From: the human T2T-CHM13v2.0 reference genome, Homo sapiens
Length of the DNA stretch: 64,000 bases
Direction: 5' to 3' (one strand)
NCBI RefSeq assembly: GCF_009914755.1
Contig: NC_060940.1
Position 1 is the stretch's first letter. Every line of letters starts with the position of its first letter. A model generated the notes under the pieces. The model was not told the DNA's origin and did not search any database. It worked only from the letters and a program-made list of their open reading frames with translations. Shown here piece after piece: positions 1-14,606 of the stretch. The position numbers were made by a program, and so were the translations under genes.

Positions 1-99
1 CATATTGGCCAGGATGGTCTCGATCTCTTGACCTCGTGATCCGCCTGCCTTGGCCTCCCAAAGCGTTGGGATTACAGGCGTGAGCCACCGTGCTCAGCC
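1..99 (-). mobile_element. Alu left-arm 5' part, truncated by the window edge
   Basis: ggtctcgatctc..tgacctcgtgatccgcc..gggattacaggcgtgagccacc is the reverse complement of the Alu 5' end. Confidence 0.9.
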
Positions 100-493
100 T
101 CTATCTCTTTTTTGTCCCTTGTCTTTCCTTTCCTCTTCCCCACCCTGCTTTCTCCTTCCCCGCACCTATCCGTCTCCCTGAGCCTCTCTCCCGTCTCTCT
201 GACAGTCTGTTCCACCCTCTGATACCATGCATCAAACTTCAGATCTAGAGTCCCCTGACTTCTTCAACACACTCTATCCTGGCCGCCAGCATATGAGTCC
301 CTGGAGCCCCACAGCTGCCTACACTAATACAGGAGGCTTCATGTGGAAATGAGTGAAGTTTGGACAGCTCTCGCCTTGGCTCTGGCCAACTCCATCCAGT
401 CCAAAAATGCACAAACCACTCACTCACAGGAGAATAATACATTACAGAAAAAAGAAATAAACTCATGTGTCTCTGTTAACACTGGACTTTCTT

Positions 494-811
<318 letters not shown>

Positions 812-1031
812 AACACTGGACTTTCTTCTAGCAAAACGTGTCTCCTGCATCAACCAAGGGATGCATTGTGCACTTGCAGCTGAAGCTCAGATATGTGGGC
901 TTGTTGTGTTTAATGTTTGGAGGAGAAGTCAACTGAGGAAAATTCTAAAGAAAAAGTTAACATTTCTGGAGCCTCTCCTTGCCATGCACAAGCGTGCAGG
1001 GTCTAACAGTGAGGGTGTCTCGGGAGCATGA

Positions 1032-1302
<271 letters not shown>

Positions 1303-1589
1303 ATGGCGGAATCTTTGCGGATTGCATTAAGTGCCTAGACTCACAGCACCAGCTCCCACAATGTGGCATAAAGATAAAAAAAAAAGAAAAAGAAAAAAAA
1401 GAAAACGAAAGCCAGGTTGAGCAAGAAACTACAAACAGTGTAATCCAATTTTTTAAGTGACAAATGCACAGAGAAAGCCTCTTGGAAGGAGGAAAGCATT
1501 GATTCCTGACCACCCGTAGGAGCCTCTGAACGCCGTTTATCTTGTTATCTTGGGGTCTTCCTGTCGTATCTATAGTAGGAACTGTTTAC

Positions 1590-1720
1590 TTTCACAGCAG
1601 TGGGTACTATTATTAGCATCTTGTTTGAAATGAGAAAACTGAGGCAGAGAGAGATTAAATGACCTGGACTCCTGTGGTTAACTCCAGAATCTACGTGCTT
1701 AGCCCTACCCTTGATCAGAT
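1590..1720. mobile_element. MIR fragment
   Basis: gtgggtactattattagcatc..atgagaaaactgaggcagagagagattaaatgacctg MIR core. Confidence 0.7.
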
Positions 1721-1826
1721 GACAGGCGCTATTTGCTAAGATAAGTTGTTGTCCCCGGGGGTTGGGATTACAGATGGTGTTTTTTCCCTTTTTCTTTTTG
1801 TATATATGTACTCTTTTTTTTTTTTA

Positions 1827-2196
<370 letters not shown>

Positions 2197-2669
2197 AAAA
2201 ATGTCTGTGATAGCTTGGCTCCACCCACCCAGCTTTCAGGGTGTGGACATGGGCCATGGAGCCCCCTGGCCTCCGAGGAGAGAGGCTGCCTTGATCCCTC
2301 TTTATCTGGGGCTGTTGAAACTGCACCTGGATTCTATGTACAGCTCTTAGCTGAACATCCCTGGAGATGTCAACAAATCGGGCGTTGTTTAGAGAATCGC
2401 AGCAGGAATGATTAAGGAAAGAGCGGAACGGATTTGTCAGGATGGCTTTATGAAAGCTAAACACGAGGCTTGCAGTGATGACAACAGTCTGCAAGTAGGA
2501 CAGGGGTTGGGCACCGGAGCACGGGAGGGGCACTGCTGCGCTCGCATGGAGAAGACCCCAGGGAAGCTCGCAGGACAGACCAGCAGCTTCCTGGCTGTAG
2601 AGGAAGGGAAGTGTGCTCAGAATGGGCTGGCACTGGGACTGTGGAAGAACCATTCCCACCGGCCGTCAC

Positions 2670-3295
2670 AGGCATCATTGGGCTTTGCTGGGCATCACTG
2701 GGCATCACTGGACATCACTGAACAACACTGGGCAACTCTGGGTATCACTGCACTTTACTAGATATCACTGGGCCTCACTAGATACCACTGGGCTCTACCG
2801 GGCATCACTGGATATTTCTGGGCATCACTGCACATCACTGGGCTTTCCTGGGCATCTGGATATCTCTGGACATCTCTGTGTATCACTGGACATGTCCATC
2901 ACCTGGCATCACTGGACACCACTGGGCACCACTACATATCATTGGGTCTTACTGGGCACCACTGGGCATCACTAGGGCATCACTGGGCATCTCTGGACAT
3001 CACTGGGCACCACTACATATCACTGGGTCTTACTGGGCACCACTGGATGTTGCTGGGTATCATTGGTGATCACTGGACATCACTGGGCTTTAGTGGGCAT
3101 CTGGATATCTCCGGGCACCACTGGGCATCCCTAGGGCATCATTAGGGCATCACTGGGTGTCACTGGGCATCACCGGGCATCACTGTATATCACGGGGCTT
3201 TACTAGACATCTGGGTATCACTGGGTTTTACTGGGCATCACTGGGCTTCACTGGGCATCTGGATATCTCTGGGTATCATTGAGCATCACTGGACC
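2670..3295. repeat. Degenerate 10-bp tandem repeat (GGCATCACTG)n
   Basis: Dozens of cactgggcat/cactggacat units with longer re-duplicated blocks. Confidence 0.9.
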
Positions 3296-3567
3296 TTGCG
3301 TCATTGACGGGTGCGTCAAGGCTGTGAGAAGCTGGAGACCTGCCCAGGAGGAGGAATCCTCTGACCCGGCTTTGACTTTTCAATACAGTTGGGTCATTGA
3401 TGCTTACAGTGAGGAGACGTGCACAGGGGCAGGCGACTGTAAGGGGTGGTGACGGAAAAGTGGTTGGGAGTGTGGTCCTGGGCTGACAATGCCCCAGGCC
3501 TTCTCTGTAGAGATAAGTTGGTTGAGAGGGAGGGGCCCATCCACCAGAGACCATGAATCTGTCTGGT

Positions 3568-3827
3568 TGTCGCCTGGGCTGGCGTGTAGTGGCACAATCT
3601 CGACTCACTGCAACCTCCATCTCCCAAGTTCAAGCAATTCTTGTGCCTCAGCCTCTGAGTAGCTGGGATTGTGCATCCAGCTTTTTTTTTTTTTTTTTTT
3701 TTTTTTTAGTACAGATGGGGTTTCACCATGTTGGCCAGTCTGGTCTTGAACTCCTGGCCTCAAGTGATCCCCCCTCCTCAGCCTCCCAAAATACTAGAAT
3801 TGCAGGTATGAGCCACTGTGCCGGGCC
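3568..3827 (-). mobile_element. Alu with internal deletion and an expanded middle A-tract
   Basis: cactgcaacctcc..gagtagctgggatt, T27 run, gggtttcaccatgttggcc..agccactgtgccgggcc. Confidence 0.85.
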
Positions 3828-5949
3828 ATCTTGTCTCTTGAATAAATGACAGAGCATGACTGGGCCCCTGTCTGCTCAGGCTGGCCTGGTATCGGGATCA
3901 TATCACCATTTGGGGAGCAATTTCTATGATTATTTCCTTCCTTCATTTTACTGCATTTAGTCAACCTTCAACCTGTTTTTGCCCAGTGGAAACTCTCCTC
4001 TGCTTTCTACTTTCTTGGTATAGCTCTTTAGTATAGAAAAATTAAGGGTTTATAAATGTCATTGCTTGCTTTCTTGTGACATAATTCTCTAAATTGAAAA
4101 AAAAAATGCAGAAGCAGGAGTGCCCAGCCCTCCGGGATGATTTAAAATTGATCTATCAGTTCATTCCATCATTTTGATGGCTCTTTCTTTGCTTTTAAAT
4201 ATATTTAAGTTTTATGTCCCATCTGGTGCCAAGAATAATTTTGCACATCCTTTAAAACAAAGCAGAATAGAAATCAGGATAATTGGAAAGTTCTGCCAGA
4301 CCCAAAGCCAGTGAAAAAGCAGAAAGGAGCAGTGACTCTGGGCTTCCTGGGCACCAGCATTAATCATTAAGCAAAACCCACTGGGCAAATGCTGGGCACT
4401 GGATGGAGAAAGTACAACTATAAAATAAACAAAGAAACATGTCTCTTCTTGGTGAGACACTGATAATCCAGAGTGGGAAGGAGAAGCATTTAAAAATAAA
4501 TCTGTTGTTATAACATGGAAGGGCTGGGTCGGGCTACCTATCTAATTCCACGAGAGAACAGAGAAGGGAATTCATAACTTCAGCTCTTAATGAAATTTAA
4601 CTTTGAGCTTCCTGGCAGCCCAAGGAAAAGATGAAATGGGTTGGGTTGGGTTTTATAATTCTCATTGCTCAAAGAAAATGACTGGACTTTAAGAAATTGC
4701 ATAAACTGACTGGTTCACTAAATTGATCAAATACTCCGACTGCAAAAAAAAAAAAAAATGATGTTCTCGTAGTGATTTTGAGAGTTTTCCATAATAAATA
4801 AGTGAAAAAAGTAAGTTGAAGAACAACATGTAAGGTAATCCCCTCCTTGAAAGCACAAAATAAAAAGCTTTGAGCACCTGGAGAACAATTCCAAATGGCT
4901 GCTCCCCAGCCTGCCAACAGCAGCGCTCCCTGCAGGGCGTAGCTTCGGGGAGGAGGCCTGGACCTTTTCCTTGTATTCATCTCTACTGGTCAATTTGTTC
5001 AAACAGACATCTCTTCCTTTCCTAATTAGAAAAAAAAAATCAAACAGGGGAAATACACCTGCAAACAGTATATACGAGGGGAAGAAAGCTTCCCCCGAGA
5101 CATTTCTCAGAGTGGAGGTGGGTTAGGCCTTGGTGAGCCACCCCGAGAAGGGCTTCAGGCTTCCCACGGCCAAGTGCAAAGGGCAGGGCCCTTCTGCTGC
5201 ATGAGACGCTGAAAAAGGCTGCAAAGGAGGAGGCTGCCTTTGGCTCCCCTAAACCAGCCCTGCCCCTGAAAGTAGGCGCTGGTGACCTGAGCACAACAGG
5301 CCCAATTTAAGACTGTTTCTTTTTTTTTTTTTTTTAATAGAAAAATCAAAAACAAACCAAGAGGCGAGTGGCAGAGACACCAAGTGCTCACCGCTGGTCT
5401 CCTCTCGCCTCTGCCTGGGAGGATCGGGTCCCCTTTCTCCATCCCGGAGCCTAGAGGCTCAGATCAGAATCTGGAGCTACGGGTCACGCACGGTGCCAGA
5501 GGTTTAGGTTGACAACAATGATGGAGGCTTTCCTGCGATAAACGGCTCAATCTTCCCTGGAATCTGCACTCTCTCAGCTTTATGGCTGCCCATGCTGGAG
5601 CTTTGCAGACTGAACCATGTCAGAGGTCACTCTGGGCAGAGCTGTGGACGGATCCCTCCCTATCAGATGTCCCCAGTGGCCCCAGCAGGACGGAGTCAGT
5701 GGGACCATCTCTGACCTCACATGCAGACACGGAGGTCCAGCCGGCTGCCTGGGCTTGGTAGGGCTGTTGGCAGATTACTTCCTGGGCCTCCATCTCTTCA
5801 TCCATAAAAGGGACAATCATTTCTGCCGGGGGGGTTGGGGTGGGGCAGCCACGATGTGAGAAAGCAAGTTAAAGTATTAGGTAAAAACATAATGTGCCAA
5901 ATACAAACAGTTGAGAGCTTAAATACTGCATCAGGCAAATCTAAATTAT

Positions 5950-6060
5950 TACAATCTGAATCCTGCCACGATCTGGGTGACCTTAGGCTATTCATTCAAC
6001 TAACAGCTGAACATCAGTTCCCTCACTTGTAAAATGGGCAGAAATAACTATCCTCACCTC
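5950..6060. mobile_element. MIR fragment
   Basis: ctgggtgaccttaggc..cagttccctcacttgtaaaatggg. Confidence 0.6.
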
Positions 6061-6079
6061 AGAGCACATGCCAGGCATC

Positions 6080-6320
6080 CGTGCACATTCTCCAAGCACC
6101 CTATCTCCAACTGTGTCTCCTGCCCCTCCTCTATTTACTTCCTTCTTCTCCAGGCATTACCATCCAGCCTCATCGTATTTATCTCTTTATAATCTCCTCC
6201 TGTCCATCCATCCCTGCAAGGAGATTTCCGCAAGGACGGGGACTTTTGTCTGTTTTATCCTCTCCTGTATCTCCAGTGCCCAGTGCAGTGTCCGGCACAT
6301 GGTAGATGCACAATAAATGA
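6080..6320 (+). mobile_element. L2 3' end
   Basis: gggacttttgtctgtttt..gtatctccagtgcccagtgcagtgtccggcacatggtagatgcacaataaatga. Confidence 0.7.
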
Positions 6321-6407
6321 CTGGGAAATAAAAGATTAGCTAGGCTGTTGTTACATCGTATCATAGTGTATCTACAAGGTAATTGTTAAATCAACTTGCA
6401 ATGAATA

Positions 6408-6830
6408 ATGATATTTAATATTATTAATAATTTAATGATATTTAATATTATTAATAATTTAATGATATTTAATATTATTAATAATTTAATGATATTTAAT
6501 ATTATTAATAATTTAATGATATTTAATATTATTAATAATTTAATGATATTTAATATTAATAATTTAATGATATTTAATATTAATAATTTAATGATATTTA
6601 ATATTAATAATTTAATGATATTTAATATTAATAATTTAATGATATTTAATATTATTAATAATTTAATGATATTTAATATTATTAATAATTTAATGATATT
6701 TAATATTATTAATAATTTAATGATATTTAATATTAATAATTTAATGATATTTAATATTAATAATTTAATGATATTTAATATTATTAATAATTTAATGATA
6801 TTTAATATTATTAATAATTTAATGATAATA
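6408..6830. repeat. AT-rich minisatellite, 27/24-bp units ATGATATTTAATATT(ATT)AATAATTTA, ~16 copies
   Basis: Near-perfect tandem units; the ORF track shows MIFNIINNL/MIFNINNL repeats. Confidence 0.95.
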
Positions 6831-7118
6831 TTAATAATTTAATAATATTTAATATTATTAATAATTTAATAATATTAATATTAATAATTAATAATATACA
6901 CATATTATATATAATATGTATATTATATATAAATAATATATAATAATTATATATTATATAATATATAATATAATATATATAATAATATATTATATAATAT
7001 ATAATATAATATATAATATATAATAATGATATATTATATAATATATATAATAATAATATATAAATAATATATAAATATATAAATATTATTATTTATATAA
7101 TTAATAATAATAAATTAA
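6831..7118. repeat. AT-rich low-complexity (TA/TAA)n tract
   Basis: Almost pure A/T for ~290 bp. Confidence 0.9.
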
Positions 7119-8945
7119 TGCATTTTATTTGGAAAGTTCTTTATTCTAAAGAACTCCTTTTCTGGAGACTTTACACCTTTGGGCGTAAAGTTCTAATCCA
7201 GAAGCAGGAAAAGAGTGAGAAAAGGGTGGTTGCTGTAGTATATTTTAAATTGTTACATTCACATGCGTGAGGAAATTTTAAATCTGACTCCCACTGTGGT
7301 CACCCTCCCTTCCACCTCCTCCTGCCCTAGGTAGAGCTGGCTTTCTTACCAGCTGCATTCACCTCCACTCTCATCATAGCTCTCAGGTCAAATTTTCCTG
7401 TGTTCTCAAAGCAAAGTGAGCTCTGGAGGTGTGCACATTCCTAGGTTCCAGGAAATTCCACCCTACAGAAATCCCATAACTGAGACACTGCCCCATCCAG
7501 GCTGCAGGTCTGAGCAGAAGGTCCTCCATGCAAAGCAGCTGCTGTGCAACTTTCTCCCAGTGAGGAGCAGAGTTCAATTCTTTGAGGACCTTTGCAGAAG
7601 CGTCTGCACCAGGGCGAAATCCAGGGGCCATGGGGAAGGTGGGGATGAGAGCCGCCGAGAACGAGCCCAGTGAGCTTAAGTTGGAAAAGAAAGACGCAAC
7701 CAGAGCTGGATTCTGGAGAGGATTCTGATTAATTGGACCCATCCTTGCCCTCCCAATTCCAACGTTCTTCTCAAATAGAATGAAACATCGAGGGAGGGGC
7801 CAGCCATTGAAACATGGAGTTCTGGGGACAACCCTGTCATCGGAGCATCTGCTGCATCTGGCACCCGCCCCCTCCCACCTTCGGCATGTGAGCATCTGGT
7901 TTGACTTTCTTGCTTATCTGAATGATTCCAATTGCAACACCATCTCGTCTGTGGTTTCACTGTTCATTATGAAATCATGTTTTACTTTTAAAATGCAATA
8001 ATGGTGGAACCAAGCTAATTAGGCACCGAAAACAAAATCTCACAGTAAGGAGGGTTTTCTTTTTTACCCATGACAGGAGAGCTGGGATCAGATTATTGCT
8101 AAATCTGATTTGCAGTAGGCTCAGAGTGAGGTATCAGCTTAAGGGTTTTAATTGATTTCGGTGACCTTGTGCCAGAAACAACTTTTTAGGAAAAATTAAT
8201 AGCAGAAAAGAAAGCGGTTATGACTCATTGGAATGAGAGATCAGACATCTTCCGCCTCTCAATGTCATCATCTTTAAAACTGTGACAGAAATATCCAATT
8301 ATTTCCTCAAAGCTGCAAAGACTTTGATCATATAACACTCATGTAAGATGCAAGGAACCAAAATCAAAATATATGTAGCTTGCTTAATAAGTATTAATAT
8401 CTTTTAACTCCCCCTAAGAGTCTGCTTTCTTAATGCTATAGATTAAGCAAAATAAAAGACCTGCAAATTCCAAGATGAGGTTGTCTTTTCAAATTGTTAG
8501 CTCAAAAAGGGGCTTAGTCACCTATAGCCCCAGCTGATTCCTTTTCTCTGCTAATGACCCTCTTTCTCCAGGGTCACTGTGTTCCTCCGTCATCTGCCAT
8601 AATTCCTCTGATATTCCTGCCCACACCCTCAGTATATGCTGGGCCACCAGCTGGCCCGGCACTTTTTGGACATAGCCCACACCCAGTTTGGAGAATAGCT
8701 ATCTGGAGAATAGCCCACAGCCTGTTCCTCTGTTAGAGGTTCCATTTACCGGATGCTTGCTATTAGGTCGGACTACACGAAATTGCCATTTTTTGTTGGT
8801 CAAAAGCAGTTGGAGGTTGGCAGTATTGTAGGGTTCAAACAAATGGGTGCCAGGCACAGAAAGAAGAGCCTATGTGTTTCCAAAAGACGGTTTGGCACTC
8901 AGGTTATGATGTGCTTTGATGCCCGGCTTAAAACTTACCTTGTAG

Positions 8946-9380
<435 letters not shown>

Positions 9381-9872
9381 TTAGGATGTCACCCAGTGCT
9401 ACAGGAGCCAGCAAGCCCACAACAGTTCCGAGACCAGAGGACACCATGCCGGTGGCTTGCTCGACATCTCTCCACTCCTTCCAGCCAAGGAGCATGCTGC
9501 TCAGATAAACCTTCCAGCCCCCTTCACCACACGCAGCTGCCTCTGTCCTTCAGATTCGTGGAGCTGGGGCCTGAGGACTTCCCTTCCCCTTGGCCTGACC
9601 ATGTTGATCAGCCAACACCCAAACACCTGAGTTCCTCGATACTTTCTGAGGTGATTTAAGTCCCTGGTGTTACACAAGGATCAAAGGCGAGTCCCTGAAT
9701 ACGAGAAGCTAATTTGGTTGCCAGGTATAAAAATAATCTTGCATTTTTGCATGACAGAAATATTTACTGAGATGATTTTTATTTTCTGCAGGAGGGCAAA
9801 CCCTCACTCATTTGAGGAGGGTCTCAGCTGTCGCTTTTATTTTAATTTCTAAACTTTATTTTTTAGAACAAC

Positions 9873-10023
9873 TTTCTTCCTTCCTTCCCTTCTTCCTTCC
9901 TCCCTTGCTTCCTTCTTCTCTCTGTCTCTTTCTTTCTTTCATCTGTCTCTCTTTCTCTCTCCTTCCTTCTTTTCCCTTTTCTTTTCTTTTCTTCTTGTCT
10001 CCTCTCTTCCCTTTTCTTTTCTT
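9873..10023. repeat. CT-rich polypyrimidine low-complexity tract
   Basis: (CTTC/CTTT)n-like run of ~150 bp. Confidence 0.85.
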
Positions 10024-12849
10024 TGATGGGGAGACTTGCTATGTTCAGCCCAGACTGTTCTGGAGCTCCTGTCAGCCATCTCTTCACTTGGGTTTCATTT
10101 TTTGGGGGGTGGAGTGGGGGACAAGGTTGTCTTTTCCCCCTTAGCCCAATTTATCTCCAGTGTTTTCATTCTCAAGGGCTATATATTTTGGTGGCTTCAA
10201 CACTAGGGCTCTAATTGCACAATAAAACAAAAGAATCCCTCCCAAGGGACCAGGCTTGTCCCAGAAGTTCCCCTGGAGTCAAGCTTTGGAGGGCACACAA
10301 TGACCTCCTCCACAAACAAACAAATAAATCAGGCCTCCTTCCGGTTCTCCTTCCAACAACGGTGCATAAACAGTGCCAGCCTCCCTGGCCAGGGCGTTGG
10401 AGGCTCCCGCAGCTTCTACCAGTCTCAGCGGGAGGTTTGCCTGGACTGTCTGGCAAACATCTCAGCCCATCCCGCAACTATTTTCTCAGTGCCTGTGGGT
10501 CTCCCATACTCCAAGAAAAGACATCTGGTGTGCCCAGCACCCCCACCCCCATCATCCTAAAGGAAAATATGTCCATTGATTTCTGATCTCTGTACCGTTA
10601 ATTCACCCCTCACCCTCCACTGCTTTGGACGGTGACAGGCAAGAAGGGGGTTGAGACTTTCAAATATACATATCTATGTTTAAAGCATTTTGTTTTGTGA
10701 ACCAGGATGTTGCACTCGTCCAATGGCAAATGTACTGGATCCCCCAAAGACTCCACGTTCAGAAGCAGAATCTGCCAAACTGGACGGAGCCCAGCTCTGG
10801 CCGGCGCCTTCTGTCTCCTGGCTGCTGAGAGGCTGAAATGTCAGGCACTCGCCCCTCTGCTCTCAGCCACTCTTCCTGAGTGACCAGGCCTGAGAAGCCC
10901 TCCCCTCAGGGATGGCGACCTCTCCCCTGCCCACTCCCCAGCTGAGCTCACCTTTGTAGGTAGGAATGAGCAGGTAGGAAAGGGGAGAGAAGGCCACGGA
11001 GTTTTCAAAGGAGGTGCCCTAAAGCAAGAAGGAACAAGCCTCGTCCTGGGAATGTTTCGCACCATCATTCAAAGAGAATCAGAGCTCCTGTGAATCCAGG
11101 GGCTGGGGGGTCATGGCCTGCCTTTGACCCTGACATCCACGCTGGGACCTGAGTTCTGCATTCATCCCCATTTCACAGAGGGGGAAACTGAGACCCAGAG
11201 AGTTGGGAGACCTGCCCACTACCTGCTACTGAGAGTCTGACCCCAGAGCCATGAGCCCCTCAGTGCTATGCATGGGGACCCCGCTGGGCGTGTGGATCCA
11301 ATCGCGGAATGAGGGATTCTGCCAATGACCCACCGTCCCAGAGGAGGGCTTGAGAGGAAGATCATGTCTGGTTTATTCTTAGAAGCTCTGTCTACCAAGC
11401 CTCTGAGTTCCTGGCTCTAAGCGGGAAATTGCAATTGCATTTAGAGCACCCCTATCTGCCAGGTTGACGAGGAATGCCCTCTAGCATTGGGTGTGCTCCT
11501 TTCTTCTCTAACATGGGATTTCCTCCACCCCAGCTTGTGTGGACCCTGGGAAAGCCAGGGAGGAGAGGCGGGAAGAGGAGAGGGGGCTTGCTGCTGGCTG
11601 TCAAAGGATGGGGCTGGATCCTGGGTGCCCCATCTTCCTGTCCTCTGGCCTAAGATGCTAAATTCAGTTTTCTAAGGATCGTTTTCACCTTGCCAAGGTG
11701 CTACTGAGAATCCCTTTTCTAGGCCCATCAAACAACCCTTCTCTGGGACCCTACAGGTTCAGGAGCGAGTGGCAGAGGCGGGGCACTGAGGACTCTACTG
11801 GCTTTGTCATCTGAAAGGCTCCAGGATGGAGGGAAGGGAAGGGGAAGTGCAGAAGGAGGGGCTACTGGAAGAACCGACTCCCGGGCATGTGCAGGGAAGG
11901 CAGGCGAGTCTAGGGCCACCTGCTTCCACGATATGGGTTTCAGGCCTGATTGCAACTCATTCCCAGCAGCTCCTGCCCTTCCCACCCCTCAGGCCCCATG
12001 GACCCCAGGAAAACCTCCCAGGCAGCGAATGCTGACAGGCTGAGAGGAGCTAGATTATCTGCTTTGGGTTAAAATAAAACAAAATCAGAATTTTAGGGAG
12101 GGAAAGAAAGAGGTAAGCTAGGGACATGGCGTGCAGGGTGGGGGCCGAGCCCATCTCTTGGGGATGGCCCGAGCTTGTTTTTCCTGGCCCCACTCTTCAT
12201 GGCACCACTACGGTCACTTTCAGAGAGATCCACCTCCCGGCCCTCGCCTGCTCAGGGCTGAAATCCTGCAAGGGAGACTGAAAGCTGGACCCGTAGGCTG
12301 TGGTGTCGGCCTCCTGGAAGCCCCACGGACTCTGAAAGCCCGGGGAAGCGACCAGCAGTGAGGCCCATTGGGCGGCGCTGGCCAGTGTTGGGTGGTTGCA
12401 GAAGCGGCAGCCTTTGCAAGTCTCTGGCGCGGTGACCAGGCTGGAAACGGGAGACGGTGGCCTCGCATTTGACCTTTCACCTCCTCTCTACTAAATAGGC
12501 CTAATTATTGCATTCGTCTGTCACTGGAGCCACAAATGATCCATTCAGGTCACGGAGGGGAGGCTGCCTGTGCAGCCCCTGTCTGGAGAGTTCCACTAAT
12601 TGTATCCTTTAGGCGCAGTTTGGCAGAGGTTTGCACAGGGTGAAGTTTCGAGGGAGACCCTTTGTGCCATGTGCCCCCAGGGGAAAGGATGGCACCGTAT
12701 CCTGGGCATCCTTCTCAGTGAGGTCCAGGCTTCTGGCTCTCTGGGCACCTGAGGATGGAAACATCCTTTCTTGGGCCCTGGGTCTGAATTCTAGGGTGTC
12801 TTGTCTGCAGCTTGGCCAGTGCTCACTGTCTACCCCAGGGCGGTGCTCT

Positions 12850-13290
12850 CTAGGGTCGGCTATGGTCCCCAATACCCAGGCTCCCCGGGCCTGCCATGCC
12901 CATGAGGAGCCCACATTTCCCAGCCTCCTTTGCAGTTGGGTGACCATGTAACCCAGTTCTGGTCATGGCCTGTGAGCCAGGGGTGTGTCACCTCTGGGCC
13001 TGGCCCATAGAAGCCCCTGTGACCAATCCTCAGCATCTTTCCCCACTTGCCACCAAATTGGAAGGATTCCAGGAGCAGGGGGCAGGGGTACAGGATGGAG
13101 GAAGCCTGGCCCCAGGTGACTCTGGGGAGTGCAGATAACCACAGCACCCCAACCTGTGTTATAGGCTATGTGAGCACAAGGTAACATTATTTAGTTAAGT
13201 CATTCAGATTAGGTTAGGTATATTTAATGTTGAGACTTGGATGTTTAGCACTTGTTTAGCACTTGGCCTACTCTGACTCATGCACTTAGG
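12850..13290 (+). mobile_element. MLT1-family (ERVL-MaLR) LTR relic
   Basis: cacatttcccagcctcctttgcagttgggtgaccatgtaacccagttctgg..gtgtgtcacctctgggcctggc. Confidence 0.6.
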
Positions 13291-13329
13291 AGCTGAACCC
13301 CACGTTTATCTCAGAAGCTAACATTTTCA

Positions 13330-13700
13330 GCTAGGGGATGATAATGTGACAGCCTCCCTTGCAGCTAGGGTTGGTCAATGGCATGTGAGTTAACATTGCT
13401 GGGAAGACCTCTAACAAACCTTCCTGAGAAAAAAACCGACAAGTGTTAGCTCAATCCCTTTTCCCTCCTGCTGCCTGGGATGTAGATATGATGGCTGGAG
13501 TTTCAGCAACCATCTTCAGCCATGAGGTGTTAGGGATGTTAAAGCAAGAGAAGGAAGAAGTTTGAGTCCCTGTGGCTGTGCGGCCACTGTAGTGACCCTA
13601 GACTCAATATATAAAATAATAAAGAAAACTATAGTTTTTAAAACCACCATTATTTTGGTTTTTTTATTAAATGTATTGGCACCTAGTGCTACCAACTAAA
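13330..13700 (+). mobile_element. MLT1-family LTR relic
   Basis: ctcccttgcagctaggg..tgatggctggag..cagcaaccatctt..catgagg. Confidence 0.6.
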
Positions 13701-13749
13701 TTCCTTATCCATAAAAAAGTAGGAACCCTGCAACAATTAACTGAGGTGG

Positions 13750-14005
13750 TATGATATATGTAAAGTGAGGCATGATAATACATCTAAAGTGAAGCAGGAT
13801 GATATGTGTAAAGTGAGGCAGGATAATACATGTAAAGTGATGCTGGATGATACATGTAAAATGAGGCAGGGTGACACGTGTAACGTGAGGCAGGATGACA
13901 CGTGTAAAGTGAGTTGGGATGACACGTGTAAAGTGAGATGGGATGACACGTATAAAGTGAGGCAGGATGACACGTGTAAAGTGAGGTGTGATGATACATG
14001 TAAAG
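13750..14005. repeat. 24-bp minisatellite TGTAAAGTGAGGCAGGATGACACG, ~10-11 copies
   Basis: 8-aa periodicity in the ORF track (KVRQDDTC). Confidence 0.9.
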
Positions 14006-14140
14006 CATACAGTACATAGCAGCAGCCAAATACAGCCTATGCCAGAGCTTCTGCACTCTGTTACATTGCTCACATGCTTCTCTTTCTTATTTAATTATGT
14101 CTTTTTTTCTCAGTGACAGGGTTCTTGTGTTATTTAATTA

Positions 14141-14507
<367 letters not shown>

Positions 14508-14567
14508 TAGTCTATCACTTTATCTGTTATTTGAATACTTAAAAATACACCATTCACTTTCATATCA

Positions 14568-14606
14568 TTATCTATCTATCAATCATCTATCTATCTATCA
14601 ATCTAT
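14568..14606. repeat. Imperfect (TCTA)n microsatellite
   Basis: tatctatctatcaatcatctatctatctatcaatctat. Confidence 0.75.

Noticed and set aside
6408-6842. 144-aa MIFNIINNL-repeat ORF
   Set aside because: Translation of the AT-rich minisatellite.
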